From assembly GCF_009914755.1 (NCBI RefSeq), contig NC_060928.1: a stretch of 64,000 nucleotides of DNA; one strand, 5' to 3'. The first letter of the stretch is position 1. Every line of letters starts with the position of its first letter. The translations under genes were made by a program, and so were the position numbers. Shown here piece by piece: positions 43,600 to 53,300 of the stretch. The notes under the pieces were generated by a model. The model was not told the origin of the DNA. It searched no databases and saw only the letters and a program-made list of their open reading frames with translations. The stretch is from the human T2T-CHM13v2.0 reference genome, Homo sapiens.

Positions 43600-43787
43600 A
43601 TTACATGTCAACATTCCATTTCACTGCATTCTATTCCATTGCATTCCATTGTATTCCATTCCAGTCCATTCCATTACATTCCACTCCACTCCATTCCATT
43701 CCATTCCATTCCATTCCATTCCATTCCATTCCATTCCACGCCACTCCTCTCCACTCCACTCCATTCCATTCCATACCATTCCTTTCC

Positions 43788-43851
43788 TTTCTTTCCAAAG
43801 GATCTCACTCTGTCACAGAGGCTGCAGTGCAGTGGCACAATCTTAGCTCAC
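43788..43851 (-). mobile_element. Alu 3'-end fragment, variant E
   Basis: ccaaaggatctcactctgtcacagaggctgcagtgcagtggcacaatcttagctcac. Confidence 0.82.
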
Positions 43852-44039
43852 ATTTATTTTCACCATTCCTTTACATTCCATTCCATCCCATTCCATTCCT
43901 CTCTATTTCACTCCACTCCACTCCACTCCATTCCATTCCACTCCATCGCATTCCATTCGACAACATTCCACTAAACTCCACTCAACTCAATTCCATTCCA
44001 TTCCGTTCCATACCATTTCACTCCACTGCATTCCATAGC

Positions 44040-44103
44040 TTCCTTTCCATAGGATATCACCATGTCACCCAGGGTGGAGTGCAGTGGCACTATCTCAGCT
44101 CAC
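44040..44103 (-). mobile_element. Alu 3'-end fragment, variant D
   Basis: ggatatcaccatgtcacccagggtggagtgcagtggcactatctcagctcac. Confidence 0.82.
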
Positions 44104-44492
44104 ATTACATGTCAACTTTCCATTCCTTTGCATTCAATTGCATTGCATTCCTTTCCATTCCATTCCATTCCATTCCACTCCGTTCGACTCCACTCCTCTC
44201 CACTCCTCTACATTCCATTACATCCGATTCAATTCCACTCTATTCCATTCGTCTCCACTCCACTGCACTCCACTCCACTCCATTCAACTCCATCCCATTC
44301 CATTCCGCTCCATTCGTTTGCACTCCACTCCACCCCACTCCACTCCACTTCATTCCATTCCATTCCATCTCATTCCATTTCTCTCCATTCCTCTCCACTC
44401 CACTTCACTCCAGTCCACTCCTCTCCAGTCCACTCCATTCCATTCCATTCCATTCCGTTCCATTCCATTCCACTGCATTCCATTCCATTTCC

Positions 44493-44555
44493 TTCTTTCG
44501 AGAATATCTCACTCTGTCACCCAGACTGGAGCGTGGTGGCACAATCTCAGCTCAT
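44493..44555 (-). mobile_element. Alu 3'-end fragment, variant A
   Basis: gagaatatctcactctgtcacccagactggagcgtggtggcacaatctcagctca. Confidence 0.82.
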
Positions 44556-44748
44556 ATTACATTTCACCATTCCATTCCATTCTCTTCTTTTCTATTCCAC
44601 TCCACTCCAGTACATTCCCCTCCACTCCACTCCATTCCAGTCCATTCCAGTCCTTTCCATTCCATCCCATTCCATTCCACTCCTTTCCACTCCATTCCCC
44701 TCCACTCCACTCCAATTCATTCCATTCCACTCCATTCCATTCCATTCC

Positions 44749-44812
44749 TTTCTTTTGACAGGATCTCACTCTATCAACCAGGCTGGTATGCAGTGGCACA
44801 ATCTCAGCTCAT
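44749..44812 (-). mobile_element. Alu 3'-end fragment, variant B
   Basis: gacaggatctcactctatcaaccaggctggtatgcagtggcacaatctcagctca. Confidence 0.82.
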
Positions 44813-44940
44813 ATTTCATTTCACCATTCCACTATATTCCATTCCATTCCACTGCACTCCACTCCACTCCAGTCAATTCCATTCCACTCCACTCCAAACG
44901 ATTCCATTCCATTCCATTCCAATCCATTCCATTCCACTCC

Positions 44941-44972
44941 TTTCTTTCAACAGGATCTCCCTGTGTCACACA
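44941..44972 (-). mobile_element. Alu 3'-end fragment, variant C, internally deleted
   Basis: caacaggatctccctgtgtcacaca joined directly to the tttcttttca flank. Confidence 0.7.
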
Positions 44973-45424
44973 TTTCTTTTCATCATTTCATTCCATTTCA
45001 CTCCAGTCCACTCCACTCCATTCCAATCCATGTCAATCCATTCCACTCCACTCCATTCCATTCCATTCTACTTCACTCCAGTCCACTCGTCTCCATTCCA
45101 CTCCACTCCACTGCATTCCACTCCATGCCACTCCATTCCACTCCACTGCATTCCATTGCATGACACTCCATTCCACTCCACTCCACTCCATTCCATTCCA
45201 CTCTACTCCACTCCACTCAATTCCACTTCACTCCACTCCATTCCTCTCCACTCCACTCCACTGAATTCCATTCCACTCTACTCCACTCCACTCCACTCAA
45301 TTCCACTTCACTCCACTCCACTCAATTCCTCTCCACTCCACTCCACTCCACTCCACTCCACTCCACTCCACTCCTCTCCACTCCACTCCACTGCATTCCA
45401 TTCCACTCCATTCCATTCCATTCC

Positions 45425-45488
45425 TTTCTTTCCACAGGAACTCACTATGTCACAAAGGCTGGAGTGCAGTGGCACAGTCTCAGCTGAC
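45425..45488 (-). mobile_element. Alu 3'-end fragment, variant E
   Basis: ccacaggaactcactatgtcacaaaggctggagtgcagtggcacagtctcagctgac. Confidence 0.8.
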
Positions 45489-45631
45489 ATTTCTTTTCAC
45501 CATTCCATTGCATTCCATTGCATCCCATTCCTTTCCACTCTATTTCACTACACTCCACTCCATTCCGTTCCACTCCTTCCCTTTCCATTCCACTCCACTC
45601 CACTCCATTCCACTCCATTGCATTCCATTCA

Positions 45632-45695
45632 TTTCTTTCAACATGATATCACTGTGTCACCCTGGCTGGAGTGCAGTGGCACAATCTCAGCTCAC
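45632..45695 (-). mobile_element. Alu 3'-end fragment, variant D
   Basis: gatatcactgtgtcaccctggctggagtgcagtggcacaatctcagctcac. Confidence 0.85.
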
Positions 45696-46138
45696 ATTAC
45701 ATGTCATCTTTCCATTGCATTGCATTCTATTCCATTGCATTCCAATGCATTCCATTCCATTCCATTCCATTCCATTCCATTCCATTCCAGTCCTTTCCAA
45801 TCTATTCCATTCCGTTCAATTCCGTTCCATTCCACTCTGTTCCACTCCACTCCCCTGCACTTCACTACATTCCATTACACCAGATCCCATTCCACTCCAT
45901 TCCATCCCTCTCCACTCCACTGCACTCCACTCCACTCTATTCCAATCCATCCCATTCCATTCCGCTCCATACCACTGCACTCCACTCCACCCCACTCCAC
46001 TCCTCTTCATTCCATTCCATTCCATCTTTTTCCATTCCTCCAGATTGCACTCTACTCGACTTCACTGCACTCCACTCCGCTCCACTCCACTCCACTCCAA
46101 TCCATTCCATTCCATTCCACTGCATTCAATTCCATTCC

Positions 46139-46202
46139 TTTCTTTCGAGAGTATCTCACTCTGTCACCCTGCCTGGAGTGCAGTGGCAGAATCTCAGCTC
46201 AC
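46139..46202 (-). mobile_element. Alu 3'-end fragment, variant A
   Basis: gagagtatctcactctgtcaccctgcctggagtgcagtggcagaatctcagctcac. Confidence 0.85.
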
Positions 46203-46400
46203 ATTTCATTTCACAATTCCATTGTATTCTACTCCATTAAATTCCACTCCACTCCACTCCAATCCATTCCACTCCACTCCAACCCAGTCCAATCCACTCC
46301 AGTCCTTTTCTTTCCATCCCATTCCATTCCACTCCTTTCTACTCCACTCCACTGCTCTCAACTCCATTACATTCCATTCCACTCCATTCCATTCCAGTAC

Positions 46401-46464
46401 TTTCTTTTGACAGTATCTCACTCTGTCACCCAGGCTGGTGTGCAGTGGCACAATCTCAGCTGAC
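46401..46464 (-). mobile_element. Alu 3'-end fragment, variant B
   Basis: gacagtatctcactctgtcacccaggctggtgtgcagtggcacaatctcagctgac. Confidence 0.87.
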
Positions 46465-46582
46465 TTTTCATTTCACCATTCCATTCCAGTCCATTCCACT
46501 GCACTCCACTCCATTACACTCAATTCCACTCCACTGCATTCCAATCCATTCCATTCCATTCCAATCCCTTCCATTCCACTCC

Positions 46583-46627
46583 TTTCTTTCAACAGGGTCT
46601 CCCTCTGTCACACAGGCTGTAGTGCAG
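46583..46627 (-). mobile_element. Alu 3'-end fragment, variant C, truncated at the beta-satellite junction
   Basis: caacagggtctccctctgtcacacaggctgtagtgcag followed directly by gtgatg. Confidence 0.8.
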
Positions 46628-47300
46628 GTGATGAGACTATTTTATAGGATCTGTGTATGGGGGCATTGTGACCTATCTCTGCACTGACCACCCAGGTGAT
46701 GGGACTTTTGTCTAGGCTCTGCCTACGGTGCCATTGTGACCTGTCTCTTCACTGTTCACCCAGGTGATGTAACTCTTGTTTTGGATCTGCCTAAGGGGCA
46801 TCATGACATATTTCTGCACTGATCACCCAGGTGATGGGACTCTTGTATAGGCTCTGTATATGGGGGACTTCTGACATATCCCTGCACTGATCACCCAGGT
46901 GATGTAACGCTTGACTAGGCTGTGAATTCTGGGGCATAGTGACATATCGCTGCATTGATCACCGAGATGATCTAACTCTTGTCCAGGCTCTGCCTATAGA
47001 AGGCCCAGTGACATCTCTGCACTGATCATCTACTTGATGTAACTCTTGGTTATGCATTGCCTGCAGGGTCATTGTGAAATATCTCTTTACTGATCAACCA
47101 GGTGATCTAAGTATTGTCTAGGCTCTGCCTACAGGGGGCTTTGTGGCATAACTCTGCACTGATCACCCAGGTGATGGGACTCTTCTCTAGGCTCTGCCTA
47201 TTGTGGGCATTGTCACATATTTCTGCACCGATCACCCAGGTGACGGACATTTGTCTTGGATCTGCCTATGGGGGCATTGTGACATATCTCTGCACTGATA
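46625..47300. repeat. Beta satellite (68-bp Sau3A family, BSR), ~10 diverged monomers
   Basis: Unit ~caggtgatgggactcttgtctaggctctgcctacagggggcattgtgacatatctctgcactgatcacc; anchors at 46625, 46693, 46761, 46828, 46896, 46964, ~47031, 47099, 47168, 47237; GATC in most units. Confidence 0.95.
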
Positions 47301-50300
47301 TATACTTGATGTACCTTCATATTTCATGTACAGTATATAATACATACTTTGGGTACTTTGATATTTTATGTACATAACATAATATATTGTTTGGGTACTT
47401 TGATATTTTATTTACAGTATAAAATATATATTTTGGGTATTTTGATATTTTATATACAGTATATAATATATAGTATGGATAATTTTATATTTTATGTACA
47501 GTATATAATATATAGTGTGAGTACCTTGATATTTTCTGTACAGTTTATTATAAATGTTTGGGTACTTTCATATATTATGTACAGTATATAATACATACTT
47601 TGGGTACTTTGATATATTATTTAGAGTATATAATACATACTTTGGGTACCTTGATATTTTATGAACAGTATATACATAATTTGGGTACTTTGATATTTTA
47701 TGTACAGTATATAATACATACTTTGGGTACCTTGATACTTTATGTAAAGTATATAATACATAATTTGGGTAATTTAATATTTTATATACAGTATATAATA
47801 TATATTTGGTGTACATTGATATTTTATGTACAGTATATACTATATATTTGGTGTACATTGATATTTTATTTACAGTATATAATACATACTTTGGATACTT
47901 TGATATATTATGTACAGTATATAATACATACTTTGGGTACTTTGATATTTTATGTACAGTATATAATACATACTTTGAGTACTTTGATATTTTATGTACA
48001 GTATATAATATACAGTTTGAGTACTCTGATATTCTATGTACAGTTTATTATAAATGTTTGGATACTTTCATATTTTATGTACAGTATATAATACATAATT
48101 TGGGTACTTTTATACCTTATGTACAGTATATTATACATAATTTGGGTACTTTGATATTTTATGTAAAGTATATAATACATAATTAGGGTACTTTCATATT
48201 TTATGTACAGTATATAATACATACTTGGGTACATTGATATTTTATGTACAGTATATAATACATACTTTGGGTGCTTTGATATTTTATGTACAGTTTATTA
48301 TAAACGTTTGGGTACTTTAATATTTTATGTACAGTATATGATACATACTTGGGTACATTGATATTTTATGTACAGTATATAATACATACTTTGGGTGCTT
48401 TGATATTTTATGTACAGTTAATTATAAACGTTAGGGTACTATCATATTTTATGTACAGTATATGATACATAATTTGGGTACTTTGATATTTTATGTACAG
48501 TATATAATACATACTTTGGGTACTTTGATATTTTATGTAGAGTATATAATACATAATTTGGGTAATTTTATATTTTATATACAGTATATAATATATATTT
48601 GGTGTACATTGATAATTTATGTACAGTATATAATACATAATTTGGGTACGTTGATATTTTATGTACAGTATATATTACATACTTTGGGTAATTTGATATT
48701 TTATGTACAGTATATAATACATACATTGGGTACCTTGATATTTTATGTACAGTATATAATACATACTTTGGGTACTTTGATACTTTATGTACAGTATATA
48801 ATACATACTTTGGGTACCTTGATATTTTATGTACAGTATATAATACATACATTGGGTACTTTGATAATTTATGTACAGTATATAATACATACTTCGGGTA
48901 CCTTGATACTTTATGTACAGTATATAATACATACTTTGGGTACTTTCATATTTTATGTACAGTATATAATATATATTTGGTGTACATTGATATTTTATGT
49001 ACAGTGTATAATACATACTTTGGGTACTTTGATATTTTATGTACAGTATATAATACATACTTTGAGTACTTTGATATTTTATGTACAGTATATAATATAC
49101 AGTTTGAGTACTCTGATATTCTATGTACAGTGTATTATAAAAGTTTGGATACTTTCATATTTTATGTACAGTATATAATACATAATTTGGGTACTTTGAT
49201 ACTTTATGTACAGTATATTATACATAATTTGGGTACTTTGATATTTTATTTACAGTATATAATACATAATTTGGGTACTTTCATATTTTATGTACAGTAT
49301 ATAATACATACTTTGGGTACATTGATATTTTATGTACCGTATATAATATATACTTTGGGTGCTTTGATATTTTATGTACAGTATATAATACATACTTTGG
49401 GTGCTTTGATATTTTATGTACAGTATATAATACATACTTTGAGTAGTTTTATATTTTATGTAGAGTATATAATATATATTTGGTGTACTTTGATATTTTA
49501 TGTCCAGTATATAATACATAGATTTGGTATTTTTTATTTTATGTACAGTATATAATATATACTTTGGGCATTTTCATATTTTATGTACAGTATATAATAC
49601 ATATTTGGGGTAGTTTTATATTTTATGTACAGTATATAATACATACTTTGGGTACTTTGATATTTTATGTACAGTATATAACACATACGTTGGGTGCTTT
49701 TATATTTTATGTACAGTATATAATACATAGTTTGAGTACTTTTATATTTTATGTACTGTATATAATACATACTTTGTGTATTTTGATATTTTATGTACAG
49801 CATATAATACATAATTTGTGTAATTTGATATTTTATGTACAGTATATAATACATACTTTGGGTGCTTTCATATTTTATGTACAGTATATAATACATATTT
49901 TGGGTAGTTTGATATTTTATGTACAGTATATGATACATATTTTGGGTACTTTGATATTTTATGTACAGTATAAAATACATACGTTGGGTACTTTATTTTA
50001 TGTACAATATATAATACATACTTTGGGTACTTTGATATTTTATGTAGAGTATATAATACATACTTTGGGTACTTTGATATTTTATGTACAGTATATAATA
50101 CATACTTTGGGTACTTCGATATTTTATGTATAGTATACTACATATAATTTGGGTACTTTGATATTTTATGTCCAGTATAAAATAGATAGTTTTGATACTT
50201 TGATATTTTATGTACAGTATATAATATATAGTTTGTGTACTTTGATATTTTATGTATAGTATATAGTATATCTTTTGAGTACTTTGATATTTTACATACA

Positions 50301-53300
50301 GTTTATTATAAACGTTTAGGTACTTTCATATTTTATGTACAGTATATGATACATAATTTGGGTACTTTGATATTTTCTGTACAGTATATAATACATACTT
50401 TGGGTACTTTGATATATTATTTACAGTATATAATACATACCTTGCGTACTTTGATATGTTCTGAACAGTATATACGTAATTTGGGTACTTTGATATTTTA
50501 TGTACTGTATATAATACATACTTTGGGTACCCTGATATTTTATGTACAGTATATAATACATACTTTGGGTAATTTTATATTTTACATACAGTATATAATA
50601 TATATTTGGTGTACATTGATATTTTATATACAGTATATAATATATATTTGGTGTGCATTGATATTTTATTTACAGTATACTATACATAGTTTGGGTACTT
50701 TGATATTTTATGTGCAGTATATAATACATACTTTGGGTAATTTGATATATTATGTACAGTATATAATACATACTTTGGTTACTTTGATATTTTCTGTACA
50801 GTATATAATACACACTTTGGGTACTTTGATATTTTATGTACAGTATGTAAAACATACTTTGGGTAGTTTGATATTTTATGAACAGTATATAATACACATT
50901 TTGGGTACTTTGATATTTTATGTACAGTATATAATAAGTAGTTTGGGTACTTTGATATTTTAAGTACAGTATATAATACATACTTTGGGTACTTTGATAT
51001 TATGTACAGTATATAATACATACTTTGGGTACTTTGATATTTTATGTCCAGTATGAAATATATAGTTTTGGTACTTTGATATTTTATGTACAGTATATTG
51101 TTTGAGTACTTTGATATTTTTTGTACAGTTAATTATAAATGTTTGGGTACTTTCATATTTTATGTACAGTATATAATACATACTTTGGGCACTTTGATAT
51201 TTTATGTACAGTATATAATACATACTTTGGGTACTTTGATATTTTATGTACAGTATACAATATATAGTTTGAGTACTTTGATATTTTATTTCCAGTACAA
51301 AATATATAGTTTTCGTACGTTGATATTTTATGTACAGAATATAGTTTGAGTACTTTGATATTTTATGTACACTTTATTATAAATGTTTGGGTATTTTCAT
51401 ATTTTATATACAGTATATAATACATACTTTGGGCACTTTGATATTTTATGTACAGTATATAATACATACTTTGGGTACTTTGATATTTTATGTACAGTAT
51501 ATAATACATACTTTGGGTACTTTGATATTTTATGTACAGTATATAATACATACTTTGTGTAGTTTGATATTTTATGTACAGTATATAATACACACTTTTT
51601 GTACTTTGATATTTTATGTACAGTATTTAATACATACTTTGAGTACTTTGATATTTTATGTACGGTACATAATACACACTTTGGGTACTTTCATAATTTA
51701 TGTACAGCATATAATAGATACTTTGGGTACTTTGATATTTTACGTATGGTATATAATACATTTTTGGGTACTTTCATATATTATGTACAGTATATAATAT
51801 ATAGTTTGGGTACTTTGATATTTTATATACAGTATATAATACATACTTTGGGTACTTTGATATTTTATGTACAGTACATAATACATACTTTGGGTACTTT
51901 GATATTTTATGTACAGTATACAATATATAGTTTGAGTACTTTGATATTTTATGTCCAGTATAAAATATACAGTTTTGGTACTTTGATATTTTATGTAAAG
52001 TATATAGTTTGAGTACTTTGATATTTTATGTACAGTTTATTTTAAATGCTTGGGTACTTTCATATTTTATGTACAGTACATAATATATAGTTTGGATACT
52101 TTGATATTTTAAGTACAGTATATAATACATACTTTGGGTTCTTTGATATTTTATCTACAGTATATAATACATAATTTGGGTACTTTGATATATTATGTAC
52201 AGTATATAATACATACTTTGGGTATTTGATATATTATGTACAGTATATAATACATACTTTGGGTACTTTGATAGTTTATGTACAGTATATAATACATACT
52301 TTGGGTACCTTGATATTTTATGTACAGGATATAATACATACTTTGGCTACTTTGATATTTTATGTACAGAATATAATACATAATTAGGGTAGTTTCATAT
52401 TTTATGTACAGTATATAATATAGACTATGGGTACTTTGATATTTTATCTACAGCATATAATACGTACTTTGGGTACTTTGATATTTTATGTACAGTATAT
52501 AATACATACATAGGGTACTTTGATATTTTATGTACAGTATACAATATATAGTTTGAGTACTTTGACATTTTATGTCCAGTATAAAATATATAATTTTGGT
52601 ACTTTGATATTTTATGTACAGTTTATTCATTTTTGTGTACTTTCATATTTTATGTACAGTATATAATACACACTTTGTGTACTTTGATATTTTATGTGCA
52701 GTATTTAATACATACTTTGGGTACTTTGATATTTTATGTACAGTATATAATACATACTTTGGGTACTTTCATATATTATGTACAGTATATAATATATATT
52801 TTGGGTACTTTGATATTTTATATACAGTATATAATACATACTTTGGGTACTTTGATATTTTATGTACAGTATATAATACATAATTTGGGTACTTTGATAT
52901 TTTATGTACAGTATACACTATATAGTTTGAGTACTTTGATATTTTATGTCCAGTATAAAATATACAGTTTTCGTACTTTGATATTTTATGTAAAGTGTAT
53001 AGTTTGAGTACTTTGATATTTTATGTACAGTTTATTATAAATGTTTGGGTGCTTTCATATTTTATATACAGTATATAATACATACTTTGGACACTTTGAT
53101 AATTTATGAACAGTATATAATACATACTTTCGGTACTTTGATATTTTATATATAGTATATAATACATACATTGGGTACTTTGATATTTTATGTACAGTAT
53201 ATAATATATAGTTTGGGTACTTTGATATTTTATATACAGTATATAATATATATTATGTGTACTTTGATATTTTATGTACAGTATATAATACATACTTTGG

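Larger units (their letters stand above)
1..46624 (+). repeat. Human satellite III (HSat3), diverged (CATTC)n / (GGAAT)n array
   Basis: Continuous 5-bp periodicity of CCATT/CCACT variants; C-rich strand is on + throughout. Confidence 0.97.
36896..46624 (+). repeat. Composite satellite: CACTC-rich HSat3 with 28 embedded antisense Alu 3'-end fragments in a ~1.5-2.1 kb higher-order unit
   Basis: Recurring tttctttcgacaggatctcactctgtcacccaggctggagtgcagtggcacaatctcagctcac-like motif every ~180-850 bp within pentamers. Confidence 0.92.

Noticed and set aside
741-46463. Very long ORFs (e.g. 741-4262, 1173 aa; 40643-43846; 43107-46463) encoding HSIPF/HSTPL or MEWNG repeats
   Set aside because: Pure (CATTC)n has no stop codon in any frame on either strand, so long overlapping low-complexity ORFs are expected by construction
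1-46624. HSF1 or DUX4 binding sites, or a SatIII lncRNA locus
   Set aside because: GAA units are in direct rather than inverted heat-shock-element arrangement and no convincing DUX4 motif array was seen; transcription cannot be inferred from sequence
37236-46627. CRISPR-like appearance: conserved ~60-bp repeats separated by variable spacers
   Set aside because: The repeat is an Alu fragment, the spacers are satellite pentamers hundreds of bp long, there are no cas genes, and the context is primate
37236-46627. Active Alu elements or Pol III transcription units
   Set aside because: Only the last ~55 nt of the right monomer is present; there is no left monomer with A/B boxes and the poly-A is eroded
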